A stretch of DNA of 20,000 nucleotides from an uncultured virus (IMG/VR IMGVR_UViG_3300050015_000370). Taxonomy: Duplodnaviria > Heunggongvirae > Uroviricota > Caudoviricetes. Positions 1 through 9,109 of the stretch are shown piece after piece. The notes under the pieces are model-generated. The model saw only the letters and a program-made list of their open reading frames with translations. It ran no database searches and was not told the origin of the DNA. The position numbers and the translations under genes are program-made. The stretch's first letter is position 1, and every line of letters starts with the position of its first letter. The stretch lies in the IMG/VR virus record IMGVR_UViG_3300050015_000370. The stretch is one strand, 5' to 3'.

Positions 1-20
1 TATGAAGTTATAAAACATTT

Positions 21-308
21 ATGGGTATGAAAATAGAAACGAATGAGTTTGGAAGGTTCCAATTAACAGAAGTATTTGAACCTCTTGTTTTAATATCGGA
101 AAGAAATGAAGAGTTTATAATATGTATGAGAGATAGCGGGTTTGAATTTGCCTACAATGGTGTTAAATATTCTGCACAAGAAGGAACATTGAAAAAAATG
201 AAACCGACTTTGCCAGTGTATGTCGATTCTGTTAATTTAGATGATTCGGAACCTCAAATAACACGGTCAAATGATGAAAATCTAAAAAGGTTATTTTTAA
301 AGTTATAA
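21..308 (+). CDS. hypothetical phage protein
   Basis: 95-aa ORF with A-rich leader, followed by a strong hairpin; no recognisable motif. Confidence 0.7.
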   Translation: MGMKIETNEFGRFQLTEVFEPLVLISERNEEFIICMRDSGFEFAYNGVKYSAQEGTLKKMKPTLPVYVDSVNLDDSEPQITRSNDENLKRLFLKL

Positions 309-325
309 ATTAAACATTTTTAAAT

Positions 326-375
326 ATACAAATGAAAGGCCGTTAACTATTTAAGTAACGGCCTTTCATTTGTAT
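326..375 (+). terminator. 20-bp perfect inverted repeat, probable intrinsic terminator or RNA hairpin
   Basis: ATACAAATGAAAGGCCGTTA (326-345), 10-nt loop, TAACGGCCTTTCATTTGTAT (356-375), lying between ORF 21..308 and the helicase. Confidence 0.75.
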
Positions 376-380
376 GGATC

Positions 381-410
381 AAAACAAAACGGCTATATCT
401 TAATATAAAA
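381..410 (+). promoter_or_regulatory. putative phage (middle/replication-class) promoter
   Basis: AAAACAAAACGGCTATATCTTAATATAAAA matches 6213-6242 at 21/30 positions without gaps; both copies precede DNA-metabolism genes. Confidence 0.5.
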
Positions 411-427
411 TTAAATCAATAATCAAT

Positions 428-1903
428 ATGAGTTCAGAAGTAGGCATAAATAGTTATCAAGAGATAGTATTCTATCATTATATCCTGGGTGATATGATGT
501 TAACATCTAACACAAAGTCAGAATATTTTTCATCTCCTATATTAAAGGAGCTATTTGATATTTCAAAGGAACATACATTGAAATATAAAAGTCCTCCTTC
601 TAAGGAACAATTATCTGAAATAGTAAGAATAAAGGGTGCAGCTTCGAAGATCAATGAAGATATCATAACCACAATTTATAATACAAAGGAAAAACTCGCA
701 GAGTATGATAGTGAATGGTTAGATAATAATGTCAAACCTTGGTTACAGGTAAGAAATCTTGACAGTGTTATGCGTAAGGCCATTTCATATATGAAGATGA
801 CTAAAATAACACCCGAAAATGCAAGTGAAACTGTCGAAACTATAAGGGGAATGTTATTGACAGAAACCGCTTTGAATTTTGATTTTAATATAGGTTCTGA
901 CTTTTTTAATCCTGCATCACATCTTCAAACAAGGTTAGATAGAACATCCACAGGATATTCATATATGGATACATGTTTAAAGGGTGGTTTTTGGAAAGGA
1001 TCGTTAATAGTGATATTATCAGGGCCTAAGGCAGGAAAATCTACGTTTTTAGGTAACCTTGCGGCAAACTCAGTTCAATTAGGTCACAACACTGCATATA
1101 TTTCATTTGAATTACAAGAGGAATTAGTAAATATGAGATTAGGTTCTAACCTTTTAAATATCAAATTGGATACATATGAGGAAACAGCAAAGGATCAAGT
1201 TTTCCTAAGAGAACGCATGACATCGGTTAAACAAAATAGCATTGTACCTCTTGGTGCTTTGCATGTCAAAGAGTTCGCTGCTTCAACATGTTCAACTGTT
1301 GATCTTCGTAACTATTTAAAGAAAACAGAGGAAATTTTAGGGATCCATTTTGACACTGTGTTTGTTGACTATATCAACATTATGAAAAACTGGAGAAATC
1401 CTAATACTGAAAATTCATATATGAAGATCAAACAGATTGCAGAGGATTTGAGGGCAATGGCCATAGAAGGACAGTGGGCCATAGTATCTGCAACACAAAC
1501 TGGTAAACAAGCATGGGATACGAATGATTTGGTTATTAGTAATGTTTCCGAATCTGCAGCATTATTACATACAGTAGATGCTTTATTTGGTTTGATAACT
1601 AACCCAGAGATGAAAGCCAGAAATGAATATTTTGTAAAATGTTTAGCCAACCGTGTTGCCGGTTTTGAAAATACAAGGAAGAGGTATACAATTGATTGGA
1701 ATTATGCAAGGATAGATGAGGATAGAAACTCACCAATTCAAGATATGGATTTCAGTATACCACAATTTGGAAATCATAACCAAAATCATACATCATATGG
1801 AAATAACCCCGGAAGCAGTACATATGGTCAATCAATTCAACCCGAGGAAACAGATGAGTATAAAAAAATAGCCGAATCGATAGATTTATTTAAAACAAAT
1901 TAA
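428..1903 (+). CDS. DnaB-like replicative helicase (T4 gp41-like)
   Basis: Walker A SGPKAGKS, gp41-like segment QLGHNTAYISFELQEE, Walker B FVDYINIM, SATQT and SESAALLHTVD motifs of SF4 helicases; low-complexity C-terminal tail. Confidence 0.92.
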   Translation: MSSEVGINSYQEIVFYHYILGDMMLTSNTKSEYFSSPILKELFDISKEHTLKYKSPPSKEQLSEIVRIKGAASKINEDIITTIYNTKEKLAEYDSEWLDNNVKPWLQVRNLDSVMRKAISYMKMTKITPENASETVETIRGMLLTETALNFDFNIGSDFFNPASHLQTRLDRTSTGYSYMDTCLKGGFWKGSLIVILSGPKAGKSTFLGNLAANSVQLGHNTAYISFELQEELVNMRLGSNLLNIKLDTYEETAKDQVFLRERMTSVKQNSIVPLGALHVKEFAASTCSTVDLRNYLKKTEEILGIHFDTVFVDYINIMKNWRNPNTENSYMKIKQIAEDLRAMAIEGQWAIVSATQTGKQAWDTNDLVISNVSESAALLHTVDALFGLITNPEMKARNEYFVKCLANRVAGFENTRKRYTIDWNYARIDEDRNSPIQDMDFSIPQFGNHNQNHTSYGNNPGSSTYGQSIQPEETDEYKKIAESIDLFKTN

Positions 1904-1907
1904 AATT

Positions 1908-2207
1908 ATGACACAAAAATTAATATTAGCTGAAGATGTATTTGATGAACTTGATGGTAATAAAAGATGCACTATAAGAAAGGGCCGCAGAGACATACAA
2001 TTAGGGGAACTCAACTTTGAATCAGAAATAGAAAAAAGAATAATGAATGTAAATGTATATATGATCATGTATTGTAAACTTGAGGATATACCCGCTGAAT
2101 TTGTAGAAAACGATGGGTTTACAGATTACGAAGATATGTTGATTAAAATGAAAAGATTTTATCCAGATATTGAGATGACAACAGAATGTACATCTATATT
2201 ATTTTAA
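1908..2207 (+). CDS. ASCH (PUA-like) domain protein
   Basis: G-x-K-x-x-T-I-R signature (GNKRCTIRKG) and downstream A-x-x-x-x-x-DGF...FYP pattern typical of ASCH domains. Confidence 0.75.
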   Translation: MTQKLILAEDVFDELDGNKRCTIRKGRRDIQLGELNFESEIEKRIMNVNVYMIMYCKLEDIPAEFVENDGFTDYEDMLIKMKRFYPDIEMTTECTSILF

Positions 2208-2230
2208 ATTAATAACATAAAAACAAAAAT

Positions 2231-2476
2231 ATGGCAGAGATGAAATTAACAAATAACACAGACTTGGTATTCACAGATATAAGTTCCGAAATTTATCGAG
2301 AATACAATTTTCCAAATGGTACGAAGATGAGAATAGAAGACCCAATGTATCTTAATGTAAATAATGGCGGCCATCGTGTAAAGGATATGCAAGGAAACTG
2401 TTATTATATAAACATAAAAGATTCATGGTGGATAACTTGGCAATCATATAGTGATAAACCTGACTTTGTAAAATAA
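2231..2476 (+). CDS. conserved hypothetical phage protein
   Basis: 81-aa ORF; FTDISSE..R.Y.FP...GGHR pattern resembles, from memory, a small uncharacterised phage protein family. Confidence 0.7.
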   Translation: MAEMKLTNNTDLVFTDISSEIYREYNFPNGTKMRIEDPMYLNVNNGGHRVKDMQGNCYYINIKDSWWITWQSYSDKPDFVK

Positions 2477-2483
2477 AAGAACC

Positions 2484-2936
2484 ATGGCAGCAGACAGAAA
2501 CACATTTATAAATAGCTTCAATTCCGGTGAGATCGTTTTTGAAGATTTATCAAGAGAAATAAGAGTACATTCAGATGTAGAAGACCAATATTCAGATATC
2601 ATAAGTGAAAAAATCCTTGATGTTAGAATGAATAAAGCGTTAGAGGAGGATTTATATGATATATTTATTGTATCACCTTTCTATGAAAAATATAGGACAT
2701 TAAGAAAATTGGATAAGAATGAACTTTTAAAAATTTATTATCATTTTAAACATGAAATAGTCAAATTAAACAAATATTCAACCGCTGAAGTTTTTATGGC
2801 ATTTGCAGAATTCTTTCAAGTTAATTACGATGTTTTTTATGGAGAATTAGGTGTATTGGATAAGGAAGAATTACTCAAGGAAGTATCTGAAAAATATGGG
2901 CTTCAGAAAAAAATAAAGACAAAAAAATTATTCTAA
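2484..2936 (+). CDS. hypothetical protein, possibly gp33-like late-transcription coactivator
   Basis: 150-aa helical ORF; the C-terminal half (EVFMAFAEFFQVNYDVFYGELGVLDKEELLKEVSEKYGLQKKIKTKKLF) loosely resembles T4-type gp33 in hydrophobic spacing and basic/hydrophobic C-terminus. The CDS is confident, the function is tentative. Confidence 0.55.
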   Translation: MAADRNTFINSFNSGEIVFEDLSREIRVHSDVEDQYSDIISEKILDVRMNKALEEDLYDIFIVSPFYEKYRTLRKLDKNELLKIYYHFKHEIVKLNKYSTAEVFMAFAEFFQVNYDVFYGELGVLDKEELLKEVSEKYGLQKKIKTKKLF

Positions 2937-2941
2937 ATAGA

Positions 2942-2961
2942 ATTTTTTGATTATATTTACC
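2942..2961 (+). promoter_or_regulatory. putative host-sigma-type (early) promoter element TTATATTTACC
   Basis: ATTTTTTGATTATATTTACC is nearly identical to 3782-3801; resembles the Bacteroidota -7 box TAnnTTTG. Confidence 0.4.
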
Positions 2962-2963
2962 AC

Positions 2964-3209
2964 ATGGAAAGTATAGTAAATTTTTTAACACTGAATGGGT
3001 TTTTTGCTGTTTCATTCCCATCGGATAACATTCTTAAGAATGATAAATGTATCGTAGAAATAAGCATAGACGATGATTGTTATGGTGTTACGACACCAAC
3101 CGGTACAACCTATAGTAATGGTTTATCTATTTATTGGTTAATAGGTTTTTTGACATATAATGATTTAATGAATAAGAATTATAGGATGATTAAAAAACGT
3201 AAAAAATAA
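2964..3209 (+). CDS. hypothetical protein
   Basis: 81-aa ORF in a co-directional run. Confidence 0.65.
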   Translation: MESIVNFLTLNGFFAVSFPSDNILKNDKCIVEISIDDDCYGVTTPTGTTYSNGLSIYWLIGFLTYNDLMNKNYRMIKKRKK

Positions 3210-3211
3210 TC

Positions 3212-3478
3212 ATGAAAGCAAATCAGTTAGCCGAAGTTATGAGTAAATTAGACCCCACCAAACGCATTAAATTTAAAAATAGCGCTGGGTGGGGTTCATC
3301 TACAATGGCTATTAATGCCATAATAGAGCAAGGAAACACATATATTTTAATCTGGGCATGTCATCCATATTGTATACAACAAGATTTAGTAGAAGGTCAG
3401 AAATTAGTATGGTATAATCCAAATAATCACGCTTCAGAACTTGTTAAAAAATTCTTCCCAGATTATGTAAGTATCTAA
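3212..3478 (+). CDS. hypothetical protein
   Basis: 88-aa ORF starting 2 nt after the upstream stop; its stop overlaps the convergent minus-strand gene. Confidence 0.7.
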   Translation: MKANQLAEVMSKLDPTKRIKFKNSAGWGSSTMAINAIIEQGNTYILIWACHPYCIQQDLVEGQKLVWYNPNNHASELVKKFFPDYVSI

Positions 3479-3660
3479 ATTCTTACATTACTTAAAAAGT
3501 TAAAAAGGCCAAATACCTTAAACAACCATATCACGATAATAATTACCGTTACAATGTTTAATATTTGTTTTATTTTAACATCCATCGGTATGTATGTGTT
3601 TATAACCCATAGTAAAACACCGATGATTATCAACACGATTAATATTTGAAGTAGTGCCAT
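3475..3660 (-). CDS. small two-helix membrane protein (Thivi_2564-family-like)
   Basis: Two hydrophobic helices linked by NTYIPMDVKIKQIL; the LIIIGVLLWVINTYIPM..KIK.ILN pattern matches this bacterial family; occupies its own intergenic space and has an upstream GATATATA motif. Confidence 0.8.
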   Translation of the reverse strand: MALLQILIVLIIIGVLLWVINTYIPMDVKIKQILNIVTVIIIVIWLFKVFGLFNFLSNVRI

Positions 3661-3687
3661 ATTTTATATAATTATTTTTATACTATA

Positions 3688-3696
3688 CTATATATC
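3688..3696 (-). promoter_or_regulatory. putative late promoter GATATATA
   Basis: GATATATAG on the minus strand, starting 36 nt upstream of the start at 3660. Confidence 0.5.
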
Positions 3697-3781
3697 TACA
3701 TTTATATATTCTTTAAATAATAAATTTTCAGTTTTTATAATTATTTTTCGGGTTTTTCAATTAAAAAATGTTTAGATTCGG

Positions 3782-3801
3782 ATTTTTTAGTTATATTTAC
3801 C
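3782..3801 (+). promoter_or_regulatory. putative host-sigma-type (early) promoter element TTATATTTACC
   Basis: ATTTTTTAGTTATATTTACC with TTTAG about 20 nt upstream of the TATATTTA; repeat of 2942-2961; precedes the ATG at 3819. Confidence 0.45.
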
Positions 3802-3818
3802 CTATCAAAATATACGCC

Positions 3819-4376
3819 ATGAAAACAGAAAGAAAGGAAATTTTAACCCAACTCGAATTACTTCTCAAAACCCATGATTGGAATTATGTACGTTCAAATG
3901 TTGGTACTGTTTTTAATAAAGGAATACACGAGGAACGCACAATAGATGAATTTTTGCGAATGCTTGGTCTTACCCGTAGTTGTGATCTATACAAAAAATA
4001 TTCTTTTGTATATAATGAAACAGAAAAACCTCGAATTTCAATGTTCAAAAGAGGAGATATAGTGATGTTTAATTGTAATTATGAAGGTAAACATTTTCAC
4101 GGTATTGGGGAAATCTATTCAATATTAAGTAATATCAAGGATAACACCCAATATGAAACTAATTTTATCCACCCGTTGGTTTTATCCAAAAGTGCTTCAA
4201 CACCGCCTTCAAAATTTGAGGTAGAATCTGCACACCTAAGCAAACTCCCAAAGGCATTTACATCACCATGTGTTCTTCAGGAATCTGGATGGGTTTTATT
4301 GGAAGGCGCAGAAAAACACGGTTATAAGGTAGGAAGCTATTCTGAATGGAAGCAGTTTTTAGAAACAATCAAATAA
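3819..4376 (+). CDS. hypothetical protein
   Basis: The ORF track starts at 3768, but the ATG at 3819 (MKTERKE) follows the promoter-like motif and is the more likely start; central FKRGDIVMF...GIGEI segment may be SH3/KOW-like. Confidence 0.7.
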   Translation: MKTERKEILTQLELLLKTHDWNYVRSNVGTVFNKGIHEERTIDEFLRMLGLTRSCDLYKKYSFVYNETEKPRISMFKRGDIVMFNCNYEGKHFHGIGEIYSILSNIKDNTQYETNFIHPLVLSKSASTPPSKFEVESAHLSKLPKAFTSPCVLQESGWVLLEGAEKHGYKVGSYSEWKQFLETIK

Positions 4377-4378
4377 AA

Positions 4379-4388
4379 GATATATAAA
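4379..4388 (+). promoter_or_regulatory. putative late promoter GATATATA
   Basis: GATATATAAA starting 22 nt before the ATG at 4401. Confidence 0.55.
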
Positions 4389-4400
4389 ATAAAATCTTTT

Positions 4401-5129
4401 ATGATTGTAAAAGAATCTTTAATTGAAGACACAAAGGCTAGTATGTTAGCCCAAATACTATTAAATGAAGGCATAAAGGCTAACATAGTAGCCTATACAT
4501 CATCTAATAAACCTATATATGATGTTCCTTGGCATTCTTCTTATGAATCATTTAATGAGACTGAACACGGAGAGGCAGCAAATTATCATTTTGGAAAATA
4601 TATGGCAAAATGGGATGAACTCGAGAACAAATATGGTGATAGTTGGCAGGCTAAAAGAAAATATGAAAACAATAGGGAATTAAATAAACATGATGCTAAC
4701 TGGAAAATTAGTGAAGATAAAAAAAGCAAACTAAGAGAGATAAGAGAAAAAGCAGAAAAGGCACAAAGAAGGATAGACAAAGCAAAGATTCCTTTAACAA
4801 AATGGGAACAACGTGATAAAGATCAGAAAAACGCTGAATCTAGAGAAAGAAGGATAAAGATGGCTAGTCTTTCACCAGAAAAAAAAGCTGCTGTAGAACG
4901 TTTAAAAAATTCAATTGATAGATTATCAGGTCATCATCCACAAGATGACGCAGGTTCAGGAGAGACTGTTTCAGAAAAAAGATACCATTTAAGAGCTCAG
5001 ATTAATAAAATTTTAGATGCTGTTGATTATGACAAGATATTGGATGTAATCAATAGCGGCATTTATGATGTTAAAAGTTTAGATCCAGAAGACCTCGAAA
5101 TCTTCAAAAAAGTTAAAAATATTAAATAG
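4401..5129 (+). CDS. hypothetical protein with xVKES leader, possible internal head protein
   Basis: Starts MIVKESLIE...LLNEG; highly charged helical middle region; GATATATA upstream. Confidence 0.7.
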   Translation: MIVKESLIEDTKASMLAQILLNEGIKANIVAYTSSNKPIYDVPWHSSYESFNETEHGEAANYHFGKYMAKWDELENKYGDSWQAKRKYENNRELNKHDANWKISEDKKSKLREIREKAEKAQRRIDKAKIPLTKWEQRDKDQKNAESRERRIKMASLSPEKKAAVERLKNSIDRLSGHHPQDDAGSGETVSEKRYHLRAQINKILDAVDYDKILDVINSGIYDVKSLDPEDLEIFKKVKNIK

Positions 5130-5131
5130 GT

Positions 5132-5350
5132 ATGGAACGAAAATTGGTACGTGAACATTTAAATGAATCTATAGATTATAAGATTGAAAAATCAAAAACT
5201 TATAAAAGAAATCATAGTAAGGAACTTGTGATTGTAACATTTATAGATGCCCACATCGTTGAATTTACTCCATTGAATGGAAAAAGAAAAGATATAAATT
5301 GTATAGGTATCAAAGATGAATTTATAAAAGATTATTCCCCAATTGATTAA
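5132..5350 (+). CDS. small hypothetical protein with KLVREHLNES leader
   Basis: 72-aa ORF directly downstream of 4401..5129; leader parallels MKLVKEYLNE of ORF 19348. Confidence 0.65.
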   Translation: MERKLVREHLNESIDYKIEKSKTYKRNHSKELVIVTFIDAHIVEFTPLNGKRKDINCIGIKDEFIKDYSPID

Positions 5351-5361
5351 AAAATTTAATT

Positions 5362-6177
5362 ATGAAAATTAAGGTACCGTTCATTTTACCTACACTCGAT
5401 TTCAAAAAATCAGAATCTAAAGAATTAAATGTTGAAATGCACATTTCAGATTCAATGATAGTTAATGGTAATATTGAATATAGTATGGCTATACCCGATT
5501 ATATATTTAAAGAACTTGCCGATACCGAAGACCAATTTAAAACAGAATATGACCAGAATAATCGGGCGAGAGTAAGTGGGCTATTTTCTGAAAAAACCCT
5601 CACCAGAAAATTTAAAAAGACTCAAACTTCAATGCTTATTGGAAATTTACAAGATTATATTTTTTCGCTTACACAATTTTTGAATGATAAACATAGTATA
5701 GAAACTTCAACCATGAAAAAGAAATTGTTTATTTCTTTTAATCATTCTGATACACACACAACTAATGGTTTAAATTGTGCATATACTGGTAAGCAAATTA
5801 GTCAAAGTTTTAAGTATTTTACTGGTTATGAAGTAATAACGTCAAAGTTTTCATGTTTAAATAAAGTAGAAAAAAAACAATATATTTCAAAGATATTTTA
5901 TTCTGCGCCTGGTTCTGCTCTCCGAAAAAACGACACCGGATTTCAAGAAAAAGAAGATTTATTTTTACAACTTAAAAGGTACAACCAATCAGATCTATCT
6001 TTTGAGGATGAATATTCTATCATTGATTGGACAGAAGAAAGGGAGAATTTTTGTAAAAAAATTCAAGAAAAATTTATAAAAGTAAATGCCGAGCTTGATA
6101 TTTTCCTAAAAAATATTGATAATGATAAAATGGAGATATTAATGACAGATAGTGGTTTAAAATATCTAAGTGTGTGA
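5362..6177 (+). CDS. hypothetical protein
   Basis: 271-aa ORF, no recognised motif. Confidence 0.75.
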   Translation: MKIKVPFILPTLDFKKSESKELNVEMHISDSMIVNGNIEYSMAIPDYIFKELADTEDQFKTEYDQNNRARVSGLFSEKTLTRKFKKTQTSMLIGNLQDYIFSLTQFLNDKHSIETSTMKKKLFISFNHSDTHTTNGLNCAYTGKQISQSFKYFTGYEVITSKFSCLNKVEKKQYISKIFYSAPGSALRKNDTGFQEKEDLFLQLKRYNQSDLSFEDEYSIIDWTEERENFCKKIQEKFIKVNAELDIFLKNIDNDKMEILMTDSGLKYLSV

Positions 6178-6212
6178 TGTTAGATCTAAAAATTCTAACA
6201 TTTTAATTTTCT

Positions 6213-6242
6213 AAAACAAATCACAACTATCATAGTATAATA
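6213..6242 (+). promoter_or_regulatory. putative phage (middle/replication-class) promoter
   Basis: AAAACAAATCACAACTATCATAGTATAATA, 21/30 identical to 381-410. Confidence 0.5.
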
Positions 6243-6266
6243 AATAGTTAAATTAACAAACTGTTT

Positions 6267-7382
6267 ATGAGTGATTCTGGAGAATTTCAAGTAAAAACAC
6301 AATATATTGATTTCAACAAGATATTTTTAGTTTCAGATACACATTGGGGAGTAAGATCCAACTCATTGGAGTGGATTCAAAATCAGCAAGCATATTTTAT
6401 CAATTTTTTCATCCCTTACGTAAAATCTAAGTTAGAAACAGGTGACATACTTTGTATACTTGGAGATTGGTTCGATAGTAGACAACTTCTAGATATTCAT
6501 GTGATGAATATTTCCATAGATATTATAATGGAACTTGCAACTATATTACCAATCTATATGATGACAGGTAACCATGATATCTATAAGAAAAATGACACGG
6601 ACGTCAATTCACTGGCCGCTTTTAGACATATACCCAATGTCACTATTTACGAAAAGCCAATCATTATAACTAACAACACATCAAATATCCTGCTGATGCC
6701 TTGGATAGGTTCTAAAGAACTTGAGGAATCCTACTTAGAGGATAATAAGGTAGAATATGTTTTTGCCCACACAACAATCGAAGGATTTAAATATGACAAT
6801 GGAAGAGACATAACAACAGGCGGGGTTTCAGTTAATAAATTCTCTCATATTAAAAGATTATTTTCAGGACATATACATAAAAGACAAGAAGTTAAAAACT
6901 TAATATACTTAGGATCCCCATATCACACAAAACGTTCCGATATCGGTAATTCAAAAGGAATATATACATTTATCCCTGATGAAAATGAAATTGTTTTCGA
7001 AAAAAATACATTATCTCCAGTTTTCCAAAGGATCAAACTAGAAAATCTTCTTGACCTAACATTAGATCATTGTAAATATATCTTTCATAATAATTATACA
7101 GACGTAATCATCCCAGACAAATACATACACATTTTCCATCTTACAAAATTTATAGATTTGCTTGAAGATTGTAAGTATAAAAAGATTGAAACAATCGGAG
7201 AGGGTAGAGTCATAGATAATGCCGTCACAATAGCTGATAAGATAGACATAAAGGATATCTTATCTTTAATAGAACTTGCCATAGAGGAGTTAGGATTGAA
7301 TATGGAAACATTGGTTAAATTGAAACTGCTGAACCGAGATTATTACGAAAAGGCATATAAGGGAGATTCAGATTTAATATAA
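6267..7382 (+). CDS. Mre11/SbcD-like recombination endonuclease subunit (T4 gp47-like)
   Basis: Metallophosphoesterase motifs SDTHWG, GDWFD, GNHD, FAH, SGHIH; adjacent to the Rad50-like ATPase. Confidence 0.93.
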   Translation: MSDSGEFQVKTQYIDFNKIFLVSDTHWGVRSNSLEWIQNQQAYFINFFIPYVKSKLETGDILCILGDWFDSRQLLDIHVMNISIDIIMELATILPIYMMTGNHDIYKKNDTDVNSLAAFRHIPNVTIYEKPIIITNNTSNILLMPWIGSKELEESYLEDNKVEYVFAHTTIEGFKYDNGRDITTGGVSVNKFSHIKRLFSGHIHKRQEVKNLIYLGSPYHTKRSDIGNSKGIYTFIPDENEIVFEKNTLSPVFQRIKLENLLDLTLDHCKYIFHNNYTDVIIPDKYIHIFHLTKFIDLLEDCKYKKIETIGEGRVIDNAVTIADKIDIKDILSLIELAIEELGLNMETLVKLKLLNRDYYEKAYKGDSDLI

Positions 7383-7392
7383 AAATTATATA

Positions 7393-9084
7393 ATGAGATT
7401 AAAATCAATAAGTTATAAAAATATAGGTTGTTTCGGAAATAAAGTACAAACAGTTATTTATGGTGATGAAGGTGGAATGACACTACTTGCAGCGAAGAAT
7501 GGATCAGGAAAAACAACATTCTTGAATTTGCCAAAATTACTATTCTATGGTAAGATAGAAAAAATAAAGAAGACAGAGATTGCTAATCGTATAAACCAAA
7601 ACGGATGGATGTTGGGTGTTGTTGAAACGGCACCAGGTGTTTTGGTTACAATAGAAAGAAAATTTGCGCCTTCTGATCTTATTGTTTATAAAAACACATC
7701 AGGAGATGGAACTCGAGGAGAAGACATCGGAAAGGCAGGAATCTCAAATTACCAAGATTATATCGATAACGAGGTCATAGGTTTACCATATAGCATCTAT
7801 TCAAACATTATCTCACTATCCGTAAACGATTTCAAATCGTTGATGACAATGACCCCAAATGATAAAAGGATTATCATTGATAAACTTTTTAACACCGAGA
7901 TACTGAATAAGATGAATGAACTCATCAAGAAGGATTCAAGGGATATTAAGATCAATATGGATCTGTTTGACAGGGAGATTGTGTCTATGAAAAGAAACAT
8001 TGAATCTTCCGTAAAGGAACTAGAAAGATTGAAGGAGAGAATTGATAAGAACAAAACTGTAAAGGTTGGTGACATCACCTCTAAACTTACAGATTACAAA
8101 CCTAAGTTAGAAGAAGGTTATGCAAAGCTTGAACAATTCAACAATGCAAAGAATGACATCATCAAATCCAATACTTTGTTTCTCCAACAGAAGGCAAAGA
8201 TAACCCATGATATGACACATATCAATTCTCAATTGAAACTATTCGCCCAAGATATGTGCCCTACATGTGCGACGCCATTTACTGACACGAGATTTGATAT
8301 AATAAAGGAGAAGTTAAATGATGATATAGTGGAAAAGAAGGAAGAATTGGAAAAATTAAAAATAACTGAACATAAATTCAACCAAACTTTAACACAATTA
8401 AATGCGGGGATAACCAAGATAAATGATTTTATCATAAAATTGAGATCTGCTTGTAATTCATTGGAATCTGAATTGAAAAAACTAAATTTAGAGAAACCGG
8501 AGGAACTTCAAAGTATTCAACGATTGATATCCCAGAATAGCACTAGACTTTCATCTCGTCAAGATGAAAAGATGAAATATGATACAGATTATAAGTATCT
8601 CGCAATACTTGAACAGCTTTATTCAGATTCTGGAATAAAGAAAAGAATTCTAGAAAATTACATTCCTACGATAAATCTTGAGATAGAATACGCTCTAAAT
8701 GAGCTTCATTTTCCTTATAGATTAAATTTCACAAATGACTTTGAACCAGAATTAAGACATCTAGGATATGAAATATCTGTTGATACCTTGAGCACAGGTG
8801 AAAAGAAAAGGGTTGATATTGCGATATTGATTTCAATAATGCGAATGTTAAAACGTAAATATCCACAATTAAACCTATTCATGTTAGATGAGATATTAAG
8901 TTCAATTGATGCCGATGGTAGGTTTGACTTTTGCCAGATATTGTTTAAACTTTCAAAGGAACTAAAATTGAACATATTCATAGTCGACCATTCAGTATTA
9001 CCATCAGAATATTTTACACAGAGAATAGACATATTCAAAGATAATGGGTTTAGTGATTACACAATAGAGAGTTTTGTCGATTAA
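7393..9084 (+). CDS. Rad50/SbcC-like recombination ATPase subunit (T4 gp46-like)
   Basis: Walker A KNGSGKTT, coiled coils with central CPTC zinc hook, signature LSTGEK, Walker B MLDE, H-loop IVDH; about 560 aa like gp46. Confidence 0.94.
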   Translation: MRLKSISYKNIGCFGNKVQTVIYGDEGGMTLLAAKNGSGKTTFLNLPKLLFYGKIEKIKKTEIANRINQNGWMLGVVETAPGVLVTIERKFAPSDLIVYKNTSGDGTRGEDIGKAGISNYQDYIDNEVIGLPYSIYSNIISLSVNDFKSLMTMTPNDKRIIIDKLFNTEILNKMNELIKKDSRDIKINMDLFDREIVSMKRNIESSVKELERLKERIDKNKTVKVGDITSKLTDYKPKLEEGYAKLEQFNNAKNDIIKSNTLFLQQKAKITHDMTHINSQLKLFAQDMCPTCATPFTDTRFDIIKEKLNDDIVEKKEELEKLKITEHKFNQTLTQLNAGITKINDFIIKLRSACNSLESELKKLNLEKPEELQSIQRLISQNSTRLSSRQDEKMKYDTDYKYLAILEQLYSDSGIKKRILENYIPTINLEIEYALNELHFPYRLNFTNDFEPELRHLGYEISVDTLSTGEKKRVDIAILISIMRMLKRKYPQLNLFMLDEILSSIDADGRFDFCQILFKLSKELKLNIFIVDHSVLPSEYFTQRIDIFKDNGFSDYTIESFVD

Positions 9085-9109
9085 AATAACTTAAAATGAA
9101 AATATTAAA

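Noticed and set aside
3768..3818. N-terminal extension of ORF 3768
   Set aside because: It overlaps the repeated promoter-like motif; the ATG at 3819 is the more plausible start
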